Source of the DNA: Phoronis australis
Taxonomy: Eukaryota > Animalia > Phoronida
Direction of reading: 5' to 3'
Assembly (NCBI GenBank): GCA_002633005.1
Contig: NMRA01000341.1
Location: forward strand, 203,474-267,473
DNA length: 64,000 bases
The notes beneath the pieces are model-generated. The model made no database searches and was not told where the DNA came from. It was given only the letters and a program-made list of their open reading frames with translations. Every line of letters begins with the position of its first letter. Within the stretch, counting starts at the first letter, position 1. The position numbers and the translations under genes were made by a program. Of the stretch, positions 1 through 10,494 are shown one piece after another.

Positions 1-186
1 TTTGTTTATAAACTAGTCTGAAGTGGTCATATTTGAGCTTGTGCAATTTGTTATGTAATGATTTAATTATTATTAGGTGACTGAGTAAGCCCATTGAGGC
101 TGGGGGGTGTGGTGAATGATCTGTCTTTGATATTGTATTTACTGGTACCCTTATGTCACTATAATAAATAAATACATACATACATA
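1..186 (+). mobile_element. 3' end (UTR and AATA/CATA tail) of an L2/CR1-like LINE; second copy of the element at 2550-2950
   Basis: Aligns by eye with 2767-2950 (AAACTAGTCTGAAGTGGTCATATTTGAG...GTCACT.TAATAAATAAATA). Confidence 0.65.
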
Positions 187-939
187 CTAAGTTGTATAAT
201 GAAACTTGCGTAATGTATTCAGGTTTTAACTTGCTTAATGTAAATTTGTCAGTTGAACAAACTTTTATCCCTTGCATGCAGATGACCACTGAAATAACTA
301 GACTGCTTTCCATCATCAGTTTGGTACAAGGCTATGGTTCATTCATTGTCTATTTTGTGCAATATGATTCATTGTTGTACAGACTCTTTAAATTTGTAAC
401 GTGAACACAATAAAATGAAAAAAAGTTACTGTTTTACCCCAAAACTCATCAGTATTGCATGGAGCTTTGCCTTTTTTAAAAACTAGTTTCAAGGTCGTTG
501 CCTGGTCCCTAACTGTACCGCTATGTCTTGTCGAATAATCCGGCAGTACCGAATGTCGGTCATCAAGCAAACGTGTGGAAAGAAAGGGGATAAATGAGGG
601 GGAAATTCCATATCCGATATTAGATTATTGTTTATCTCTTTCTATCCACAAACATCGACAGTAGCCGTGTACCTTTAATCATTTTTACTGGCGATTTTTG
701 TATGGTGGTAAAATTTTACATCAGAATTAGGTGTGTGGCGGTCAGTTTGGGGACGATTATGAGTGGCAAGGCCAAAAAAGAGCATGGTGGGTCACCCAGA
801 GTTTTACATGCATAACAACACTGAATAGCATTCGGACATTCCAGTTCATGGAATGTGAAAATGCATGTAATTAATATGTTATTTTTTCGGTTGGAAAATG
901 CAGCTGCTGCAACAATGAGAACAGTCTAAATCAATTTAT

Positions 940-2170
940 TCTTGGCGAACTTTTATGGAATTTTTTGTGAAACTAACCTCGATAGAGTTTGGAATGGGCT
1001 TTCAAAAATAGTTTCCATTTTTCGCTAAGACGTCTATTTTTTTAATTGTTTGACATTTTCTGATGGGGTTGTTCCTTCATTGACTGATTTTGATGCACTT
1101 TTGTTGGTTTGCCTAATATTGAACAAGACTATAGCCTTTTACTTGCTCATTATTGATATTTGTCAAGTTCGTCTAGTGTCAGACAATTTCTCAAGACACA
1201 AAACATAACAATTTAACAATAAAATATATATATTACCTCTCAAACACACACACACAAAGCACACAAACTCATAATAATGATTGCCGATACTAGAATTGCT
1301 GTAGTTCCAATTAGGGTCTCAGTGTCTCTTTACGGTACTACTCATGCCACAACTTAGGCTTCTCAGCATCAGAGATTTTCACTGCTTGACAAATATTACG
1401 CCACCCAGCTTGACCAGCCTCCTGTTTGTTCGCATGCTACAGGTCGCATAGTTCGTCCGATCCACGTGAAATTTACACACAACCTGTAGTTCCAGAAGAG
1501 TTGGGAGTCCCTGTTGTTTTTCGTCACTATCAGATTCAAGATGGCAGGCATGGTGGCCATTTTGTATTCAAATTCAGATTCAAATGCTCATAAAAGCCAC
1601 AATTTTTGACGTACACAGCTAAAAACCAGTACGATTATTGTGCCAGACAAATGTGCGGTAAATCATTTACTTCTGGTTAAAAATGGCGGAAATATCGGCA
1701 ATTACACATTATTACGCAACTTGATTTTGCGATGAAAACGTTTTGTGCTGTAGAGGGTGAATTGTAGGACTAATTGCTTCGAAATGTTTCATGATTGTGT
1801 TGGTTTCCTGTAGCTGGTTATAATCAAGTGCTGCTAAACCGGAAGTTGTTTTCAAAATGGCGAATCTAATGCATTATCCTCAATTTTCAATCGTGCTGAT
1901 GTGCCATTTTGGTCGGAAAAAGGAAATGGTGTGAATTTTGCTTGTGGATTCTGTGAGGTATACTCTTTCAATCTTTCTCTGATTTACCGTTTTTGAGTTA
2001 TTTGACTTTCAATTTCAAAAAAATGCAAAATTAGATTTTTTTCAAAAAGTTTATGGAATTTTTTTAAACTACCCTGTCGGAGTTTTGAACGGGCTTTCAG
2101 AAGATACTTTTCATTTTTGAATTATTTGAGATTTTCTGATAACGCTATTCCTTTTTTGACGAATGTGATA
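940..2170. repeat. Dispersed repeat, two local copies (about 940-1140 and 1830-2170) and a third at about 32290-32780
   Basis: Shared blocks such as GAGTTTTGAACGGGCTTTCAGAAGATA, TTACCGTTTT.GAGTTATTTGACTTT and CCGGAAGT...TTTCAA.ATGGCG. Confidence 0.6.
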
Positions 2171-2232
2171 AACTTGCTTTTGAGTTTAAAAAGTAATGCT
2201 TCAAATTAGCAAGTGTCAAAGTATGCTAGACC

Positions 2233-2397
2233 CTCTTTTAGCCTGTGAACAGATAGTTGCTCTTTTAGCCTGTGAACAGATAGTTGCTCTTTTAGCCTGT
2301 GAACAGATAGTTGCTCTTTTAGCCTGTGAACAGATAGTTGCTCTTTTAGCCTGTGAACAGATAGTTGCTCTTTTAGCCTGTGAACAGATAGTTGCTC
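2233..2397. repeat. 27-bp minisatellite x6
   Basis: (CTCTTTTAGCCTGTGAACAGATAGTTG)6, perfect copies. Confidence 0.97.
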
Positions 2398-2549
2398 AAA
2401 TCTCTGAAACAAAATACTGCTTTGGTACTCTCATAATTGCTGTAGACTTCACACACTGCTGCAGTCTGCTAACATGACAAGCGTGTCAGGTTTCAAAAGG
2501 TTTTACTTAGTGTAGCAACGCCATTTCACAGGCATGCATTCACAGTGTT

Positions 2550-2950
2550 TACAACTTCCGTTGTAGCTCAATTGAGAGCAGGTATTCTACCATAGAGGTT
2601 GCGGTGGAGTGGTACTTTGGAATTCCTGTGAATGAACAGATTTGTCGTGTTTGTAGAAACGGAATTGAAGATGAAGATTATTTCATCTTTGAGATATATT
2701 CGACCAAAATAACTTGAAAGCTCTAGCGAAATTCATTCAAGTTGCTTTGCAGGTTAGGAGTAATTATTTGTTGATAAACTAGTCTGAAGTGGTCATATTT
2801 GAGTGTGTGCAATATGTTAGGTCATGGTTTAATTGTTATTATGTGACTGAGTTAGCCCATTGAGGCTGGGTGGTGTGGTGCATATTCTGTCTTTGGGACT
2901 GTGTTTACTGGCACCCTTTTGTCACTGTAATAAATAAATAAATAAATAAT
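2550..2950 (+). mobile_element. 5'-truncated L2/CR1-group LINE relic (ORF2 C-terminus, 3' UTR, AATA tail)
   Basis: Frameshifted translation SVVAQLRAGILP..EV...FGIPVNEQICRVCRNGIEDEDYFIFE resembles the ORF2 C-terminal Cys-rich motif; ends in (AATA)n. Confidence 0.7.
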
Positions 2951-2959
2951 AATAATTCA

Positions 2960-3790
2960 GCTTCCATGTGGAGAACAGATTTGGAATTAGTTTACCAGAA
3001 GTGGAGGGAGGGTTGGTCGCATAGTATTGTGCAAAGAAACAATTCATGGGATTCCAGAGCTCACTATCTAACACCCCTGCTACTTACTAGCTGACTAATC
3101 CATTTCCAAAAACATTCCAATTGTCTGCCTTAGGAAAGTATAAGGTGATGAAGTGAGCGCAAAACTGAACACTCTCTCTGCAGATGCCAAATCTGCACCT
3201 TCCTTGATAACCTTTAAAAGAATGATAAGAAATCGATTTAACTTCATGTAGATGTGTTCTGTTTAGCAAACTTACATTCAGTATCCCCATATCGGGCTAT
3301 TTCTTATTTATGTGCATATAATTATGTGCATATGTGTGTATGTAGTTGCGTATTCATATGAATGTTAACTTTGTATTTATGTATGTACGTATGTATGTGT
3401 GTTGTTTATGTATATGTATTTATGTATTTGTACGGATAAGAGTGCATATGTATACAATGTATATATATGACAATGTTATGTCTTACTTTTATTAATTATT
3501 TATTGTCTGTTTTTTAATTATTTATGTTTATTTTAGTTAATCATCTTGTCTTACTTTCTTTATCTTCTATTTATCATTTTTATATTTTTTATTTTTTATT
3601 TTGTTTCATCGTTTTTTCCATGTTAATTTCTAGTTCTTTACTGATTATTTAAATATTGTCTTTCATTTTGTAATTCTGTTAGATTGTCTTATTGTCTGTA
3701 TGTTTTTACCGAGGGCCCCCATGGAAAGCAGTGTGAACTGATGGGACTACCCTCGTTGTAAATATTACATTATAATGAATAAATAAAAAA
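2960..3790 (+). mobile_element. Second LINE 3' relic; its tail recurs at about 16267-16330 and 54304-54380
   Basis: ADAKSAPSLITFKRMIRN is typical of L2-like ORF2 ends; tail CCCCATGGAAAGCAGTGTGAACTGATGGG.CTACCCTC..TGTAAATATTACA + AATAAA occurs three times. Confidence 0.55.
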
Positions 3791-3954
3791 CATGATATTG
3801 TCCACATAGGTTTCATTATTAGATTTATGGGACAGTGTACAAATATTTATACGTATGAAATTATTTAATATTTTATCCTTGGTAATGAAGTTATTTAAGG
3901 TCAGATTTCAAAATCGGTGTAGCCATTCTGTTCACCAGATTTGTTCATTTGCAG

Positions 3955-4041
3955 TAAAGCCAAGTTAGAAGGTTCCAAGTACTTTACTGTACTTGTCAAG
4001 AACAGCATATTGTTCCCTAAGCATACAGTCAACAATAAGAG
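3955..4041 (+). CDS. P2RX: P2X purinoceptor exon (ectodomain)
   Basis: ttgcag|...|gtaacg; KAKLEGSKYFTVLVKNSILFPKHTVNNK(R) matches the P2X FTxxxKN.I.FPK motif; phase 2-2. Confidence 0.93.
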
Positions 4042-4459
4042 GTAACGATTTGGCAGATATTGTTTGTATCAATCTGTGATTTTGTAGACACTTTACATAC
4101 AATTAGTACACTGTCATTGGCATAATTAAAAATATCAAAGCCCCTATTTCTCTATCGCCAGTTCAAATGACCCAGTAGTTAAGTGAAAACAAATCTCTCT
4201 GGAATCAGAACCATGGAAGTGGCTGATCATTACTTTCATTGTTAGACTAATGTCTGAAGATTTGCGTGATATAGCATTGGCTGAGACATGTATTCTTATT
4301 GAGCACTAGCATCATTTGCCCAAGGGAAAAGCTGAAGTGATATTCCCTCAATTCTGTTACCTCAAGCAGCATGTCTAAAATTCCAACAGCCCTCATTGCT
4401 GTTTAATTGTGAAGCAGTGAGCTTGTGTTAAGTGTCAGTGTAATGCTGGATTTAACTTG

Positions 4460-4850
4460 GGCCCGGTCTCCAATCTTTTTACTCGAAATGGAACTCGAAG
4501 TTAGGTTTGGCATTTTCTACTCTACTTTTGGGAGAACTCAAGATAAGTGTCTATCACTCTATGCTCGAGTACACAATAACTTATGTAGATAATTTATTAC
4601 CCTTAGTTCACAGTTTGTAAACCCAATATTCAAGCAATGATTTCGAGTTTGAACTTGAAATTTTGAGTATTTACTCGAGTTTGTAGCACGAATATAAGTG
4701 TCTTCAAGGGAAAACTTGAACTAGAAACTCCTATGCATAAACTATAATGTATTCGAGCACAGTCTGATAACCAATTATCTTAAGTTCGCACATAAGAGCA
4801 GAGAAGTTGCCAAAAATAGTTTCGAGTTCGTTTCGATTAGAGACCAGGCC
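4460..4850. mobile_element. PIF/Harbinger-like MITE
   Basis: TIRs GGCCCGGTCTCCAATC / GATTAGAGACCAGGCC; 3-bp TTG on both flanks. Confidence 0.6.
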
Positions 4851-4907
4851 TTGGTGTATCCAGGGTGAGTGGAGAAAGTGTTGATTTAACTGAATATTAA
4901 TTTCCAG

Positions 4908-5049
4908 GGTAAACATTTTGAAAACCAGTAACTCCACCTATCTGAAGAACTGCAATTATGATGATGTTGATAATGAATACTGTCCCATCTTTGAACTTAA
5001 TTACATTGTGAACAAGTCAGGAGCTGATTACAACGAGGTGGCCAAGAAG
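4908..5049 (+). CDS. P2RX: P2X purinoceptor exon
   Basis: tttccag|...|gtaaat; (R)VNILKTSNSTYLKNCNYDDVDNEYCPIFELNYIVNKSGADYNEVAKK contains the CPIF signature. Confidence 0.96.
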
Positions 5050-5685
5050 GTAAATTTAATAAGAGAACCTGCATGTATCAATTAGGCAAATGGTCTTAAA
5101 GGTGTATTTGCATGCTCCTAACTATGGTAATACGTAGAATGAACTAAACAACAATGTTATTTCAACATAGTGTAGGCTAAGCAAAGTGCATTTGTATGCT
5201 TTGACAACTTGTAAATTCTACAAATAGGTGACCTTTGCATTAATGACATATCTCGCGGGCTCACATAGCTCCCAGTGTTATTGCTCAGCACCATGTCACT
5301 ATACTTACTGAACAGTGTTCAGTCATTTGCGACAGATAATTTTTACCCCAAAACTCCTTCTTAAAAACATTCGGCAATTGTCAACCTGTTTAATATTCAC
5401 GTTGCCGCCAAATGTTGTGTTTTTAACTAATTTGGTCTAGCAATTACAGAGATTAGGACTTAAGCCTGCAAGTTCCACTTAAGCTGGGGACATGACTTGT
5501 CACAAATTTTAAAATTGGTGTCATATTGATATTTCTTTGGTTGACCTAACTCCAAAAAATGAAATTTAATTGCGTCAAAGTCTCTTTATAACAAAAAGTC
5601 GAGCAATCTGACACACCTCTGTCGCCAAGCTTGCTCAGAAACTTACCCACGTTCCAGGTATAATAAAAGCCTTCAAGGGTCTAGT

Positions 5686-5760
5686 AGTGTGACCCAGCGA
5701 GACTCGAACCCACAACCTCTAGTAAAGAAAGCAGGCACCAATCACTCTAGGCCATACTGC
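5686..5760 (-). mobile_element. tRNA-derived SINE head (body extends toward about 5240)
   Basis: Minus strand AGCAGTATGGCCTAGAGTG (A box)...GGGTTCGAGTCTC (B box); no intact cloverleaf. Confidence 0.65.
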
Positions 5761-5960
5761 TTCCTAAAAATCCAGTCTGTTATCATTCACATTTGGTTCA
5801 AACATCTTGTGCTTTGGAAAGGCTGTTCTAAACTCGTTGTTTGAATAACCTTGAAGTTGTTGTTACCAGCTCCTGCGATACTGTGGCCATTACTTCCAGT
5901 AGTTCACATTTAATCCCTTCTTTATATTTTGGTCATATATTAACTCATTTCTCAATCCAG

Positions 5961-6088
5961 GGTGCTGTGTTCTCCATCCGTATACACTGGGAGTGTAATC
6001 TGGACTATGACATCAGTGCATGTAAGCCACAGTATTCATTTTCACGTTTAGACCTCAACGATACCATTGCACCAGGTTATAACTTCAG
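5961..6088 (+). CDS. P2RX: P2X purinoceptor exon (W.CNLD and NFR motifs)
   Basis: atccag|...|gtgagt; GAVFSIRIHWECNLDYDISACKPQYSFSRLDLNDTIAPGYNF(R). Confidence 0.97.
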
Positions 6089-6523
6089 GTGAGTGCATAC
6101 ATGATGCCGTGACATTTTTGGTAGTTTGACCATATATCGAAGATGTGACTAGTAGAATTCGAGTCTGTGAGGTTTCTTCACACCTTACGATATCACTGAT
6201 CAACAGCAATCCTTAGACATATATCACAAATATGGCATACAATGGAAAAGTTGCGAAATATACAAACAATATACAAATTAAAAGCACTATGTACGTGGAA
6301 ACGGGGAAATGTCTCATGCTTATATATGCTTTTCTAAACAAAAATTTGAATAGCCATTTGTTAGAGATGTTGGAAATATAACTCATCATTTATTAGATGG
6401 TTAAGAACTATTAATATCCCTTACAAAGTCACTGAAACAACTAAAATGCTGGTAAAAACATTAAATTTTTATCGGGGACAACACCTGAAACAGTTAATGA
6501 TTTCTGAAACTGTTTATTTCCAG

Positions 6524-6680
6524 GTATGCCAACTACTACAAAGAGGACGGCGTTGATTACAGAACCTTGTATAAAGCGTACGGTCTTCGGTTTTATGTGC
6601 AGGTCACAGGTCGGGGTGGCAAGTTCAATTTTGTTCCATTCCTCATCAATGTTGGCAGTGGTCTCGCCCTCCTGTCCATT
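6524..6680 (+). CDS. P2RX: P2X purinoceptor exon (KAYG motif, start of TM2)
   Basis: ttccag|...|gtaagt; (R)[52 protein letters not shown]. Confidence 0.97.
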
Positions 6681-7170
6681 GTAAGTCTGTCCGCGTGTTT
6701 GTAAGTCTGTATGCCATTTTGTTAATACACTTGACTGTAAGTCTGTCTTCCAGGTTGTTAGTCAGTCTACCTGTTTGTAAGTTTGCCTGACTGTTTTGCA
6801 ACAGTGTCTGCCTGTTTGTAAGTCTGTCTGCCTGTTTGTAAGTCTGTCTAGTGTTCTTATGTCTATCTCTTTCTCTGGCAGTGAATCCATTTACTCAATG
6901 TTCAGCGTACATTTTTGTCTGAACCATGTATTTCTATTGTCTAGTCTGTTTCTGTCTTTACATGACTGTATGTTTGTCTGTCTGCCTTAATTTTGTTTCA
7001 GTTCTTACTTTATTTTATCTACAAGCAATAAGTATTTAGAGATACTTTGTGTGTTGTTATATCTTATTTGTGAAGATTTTTTTATGGGAACATTGCTTGA
7101 GATTTCAACGCTCTGTAAATTGATTTTAAAGTTTATACGCTATTCACTTGATTTAGTTATTTTATTGTAG

Positions 7171-7269
7171 GCTACAGTGATTTCCGATGTTGTGATGCTG
7201 TATATATTCAAGAGGCGACAGTTTTATAAACAGAAAAAGTATAAATACGTGGAGGAAAGTCAGTTTGAG
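7171..7269 (+). CDS. P2RX: P2X purinoceptor exon (end of TM2, YxxxK motif)
   Basis: ttgtag|...|gtatgt; ATVISDVVMLYIFKRRQFYKQKKYKYVEESQFE. Confidence 0.95.
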
Positions 7270-8078
7270 GTATGTTGGTTAAGTCATCAGCAGGGATTGA
7301 CTGATCAAGTGGCACTTCAAAATTTTGTCAATTTATGGTCACAGTGATGATGTTTGGAAATCTATGCAAGCTGTGAAAGCAATGGATTCTTTTTGCTCTA
7401 GTCTTATATCAATCAATTGAGGTATTATCACTGTCGATAACCTTACTATCTCTATTTAGTTATTAACTCCATCAACACAGTTGATATCTTTATCAATAGA
7501 CATAGTGTCCCTGTTAATTGTAGAGTTGTTAACTAAAGTCTATAGCAGAGTATTAATAACTCTTATAGAGATAGTAAGTCCATCTAGATACTATCTTGAG
7601 CAATATAAGTCCATATGAGTCACCCTTGCTGCCAGGGTAACATTTTCTAAGCTTAAATAAGTTACTCTCTGGTGCTGGGGAGTGACTTTTTTGGCACACA
7701 ATAAGCCCAACTAAATTACCCTGTATAAGTGACTATTAAGCTGCTATGACTTAGATCAAATCCCATTCAAAAACTTCGAATCAGATAGCTTAAAAGTGAC
7801 TTGCCGTAGGCATTGTGAATAGTATGATGCAAGTCGCTTTTAGTTATGGTGTCCTGTGAATCGTTCCCCTATGACTTTTCATTAGCTTAAATTTGGCTTG
7901 TGTGGTGGCATGAAAGTGACTTACTTGAGACTTAAATGAGGCTTACGTTATAGTTGGATGGTAGATGCTTGTCTCCTGCTTAGGCTTTGCATCCCTTATT
8001 GAACTCTCAAACCCTGCTTCATCCTATAACTCTGTATGTAACTCTAAAGTTGGGTCTGACTTACAACCGTCACAATCA

Positions 8079-9049
8079 TTTTATGCTTCCACATATTTAT
8101 GTGTGGATGCATTAAGGTGTTGTCTCTGTTTGTCCGCCTGTTTCGGCGTGCGGCATACGTTTCTTTATCAACAAAACCCAACGAAAATCTCGAGATGGGC
8201 CGAAAGCTAGTGATATAGTAACTTTACATGATTATTCATTGTGTTTATGTCATATTCATCAAGATAGGTTCGTTTCTGTACTGACTGCCGGTGTGCCCCT
8301 AAGTGGCAGTTTTATTTTTTGTTTGCCTCCGTTACTTCAGAGCTCTCTGATGGATTCTCATGAAACTTAGGAGATAGGCATAGCGTCGACACTTGCTCTC
8401 TTTTGGATGGAGTGACTTCTGACAACTACGATTACCATATACTTTTTTCGTTTTCCTTTGTATATTCAGAGTTCCTTCGCTGATTTTCATGTAACATGAT
8501 GGCAAATTGCCGTCAGAATCTTCCCATTTTTGTGCGCACTCTTTACTGTATATGACCTAGTGGCCATTTTTGTTATTTAATTTTGAGTTTGGTTGTTGGT
8601 GTTTGCCTCTCTTTTGGCTAAATCAAACTGAGAGTCATTAATGTCCCAAGTGGAAAGAGCATGGCTGACGAGGATTTTTGAACACATTCAACTGCTGTGG
8701 CACCCCCTTGTGGTAGTTTGATTTTTTTACCAGGCCAAATTTCATAGAGGTCCATCAAGGCTCAATGCAAGTTCCTTGATGTATCTTCAAGAAATTTGAT
8801 GTGACTACAGCTGACATGGATACCGAGACAAACCCGACTATGCCAGAGTCACCTAGTGGCAATTTATGTTTTTGTTTGCATTTTCCTTGATGTCTGCCAA
8901 GTTCCTTCATGGATGTCTATGAAATTTTGTAAATAAATTACTATTACTATAAATACTACTGCTATTATTAAATTTACTATTCACGGGAATGAGTAAAATA
9001 ATGATTATGTCTTGTATCTGCTCTGTATGTGATGCACATGGTGGGTGCA
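8079..9049 (+). mobile_element. Helentron-associated (HINE/DINE-like) non-autonomous element, interrupted at its 3' hairpin by the Gypsy element (resumes about 13715-13725)
   Basis: 5' end TTTTATGCTTCCACAT...GTGGATGCAT followed by TGTCCG-like microsatellite; internal CCTAGTGG-type monomers; 3' GCACATGGTGGGTGC. Same architecture at 34230-35935 and 30290-31515. Confidence 0.55.
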
Positions 9050-9792
9050 CTACCGGACCGATATCCACGGCTCGCGCTACTCGATTGCTTTCTGCGATTC
9101 GCTGTACCGGGCTGCTTCAGGTTTTCGGGGCAGTCGCGAATAAAATGTCCGGTCTGGTTACAGCGATAACATCGTCGATTGTCCTTAAACGCAGGCTGCC
9201 TCGGCTCGGCGACAAAATTCACACTTCCTGATTTCATAACCAAAGCATCCTTATCATGATACGACCTCACTATCTGGACAAGTTTTTCTAGAGTCAAGTC
9301 TGTTTCATTATACAGCTTGCTCTTCAAGTGTTTGTTCGTAATGTATGTGAGTACTTTGTCCCTTACTTGATTATTTGTCTCTGTATAATCTGTCACTCCG
9401 TCAACCGTTCGCTCATACGAGCAGTCCTTCACTAAAATCTTCAACCGTGTGATGTATTGATCGATCGTCTCTCCAGTCTGGGGCTCACACAACATGAACT
9501 TTTGTCGTGCCATTGGTATGTTCTTTTTACATTTAAAATGCTTATTGAGCGCCGCAACGGCAGACTCGTAAGTGTTTCCCGTATCTTCGAGTGTTCTAAA
9601 AACGTCCCTGACATCCGGTCCGCCCAAGTGTAGCAACAGAGCTCGCTTCTGATTTCCGTCCGATACCCCAGACGCCGCGGTGAACAAGCCGAACTCGTCG
9701 ATCCAGCGCTTCCATTTTTGCTCGATATTCTCGGGCTCGCCCTCCACACTAAACTGTCCAACTGCCGGTAAACCTCCGAGACAAACAGCCAT
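9050..9792 (-). CDS. gag: Gag (truncated after the CCHC zinc knuckle)
   Basis: WKRWIDEF...RALLLHLGG...QTGETIDQYITRLK...CYRCNQTGHFIRDC; the ORF runs into host DNA below 9050. Confidence 0.9.
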
Positions 9793-9814
9793 CACTTATA
9801 TATGTTCGGAGTTT

Positions 9815-9827
9815 ATCCTCGTCGCCA
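9815..9827 (-). other. Primer-binding site complementary to the tRNA-Ser(GCU) 3' end
   Basis: Minus strand TGGCGACGAGGAT, 6 nt from the LTR; tRNA-Ser(GCT) ends ...ATCCTCGTCG-CCA. Confidence 0.8.
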
Positions 9828-9833
9828 AAATGG

Positions 9834-9959
9834 TGTCGTATTCTCTAATAAAACAAGTCTCTGATAAAGTGAACTTTCTATTCAGCCATCTTGCCACGTA
9901 GTATTCTCTACTCAAAAACGAGGATTCACAATAACCCGGATGTAGTCACAAACACTACA
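9834..9959 (-). repeat. 5' LTR (126 bp)
   Basis: TGTCGTA...CACTACA, identical to 10004-10129; adjacent to the PBS. Confidence 0.9.
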
Positions 9960-10003
9960 TATGTGATGCACATGGTGGGTGCATATAAACATGCGCTGTA
10001 TGT

Positions 10004-10129
10004 TGTCGTATTCTCTAATAAAACAAGTCTCTGATAAAGTGAACTTTCTATTCAGCCATCTTGCCACGTAGTATTCTCTACTCAAAAACGAGGATTCACA
10101 ATAACCCGGATGTAGTCACAAACACTACA
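10004..10129 (-). repeat. 3' LTR (126 bp)
   Basis: Identical to 9834-9959; follows integrase and a weak PPT (AAGTTGGTGGCAGA). Confidence 0.9.
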
Positions 10130-10494
10130 TCTGCCACCAACTTATTTAAGAAAAAACACTTCATACTTTAAAGCAGAAACTTATCAAACAACAAAACATT
10201 AACATGGACTTTTTAAACAAACTTTATGACTATAAAGTCAAGTTGGAAAGAGATGGAAATATTTCAGAAATTAAAATCATTTGTAAAATAGATGCAGTAG
10301 TTAACAATTAGTTTTTTTTTTACTGACTAATCGACTGGAACTATAACGTGAAACATTTTTAGTTTTAACTAGGAAAACACATAGTCACTAAGGTGTTTTG
10401 GCATCGAAGGGACACGGGATGACCTACGAAGTGTAGGAGTGTCAGAGGACACTTGCTCAGAAGAAGGTTCTGACTGAGACGGGGCACGGGAGGG

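Noticed and set aside
2196-2477. Repetitive ORFs on both strands (LLACEQIVA / LSVHRLKEQ)
   Set aside because: By-product of a stop-free 27-bp minisatellite inside an intron.
5686-5760. tRNA gene
   Set aside because: A and B boxes are present but the stems are degenerate; better explained as a SINE head.
9834-10129. Canonical 2-LTR circle junction
   Set aside because: The LTRs are separated by 44 bp of host-flank sequence with TATGT at both ends, which an unintegrated cDNA circle would not contain.
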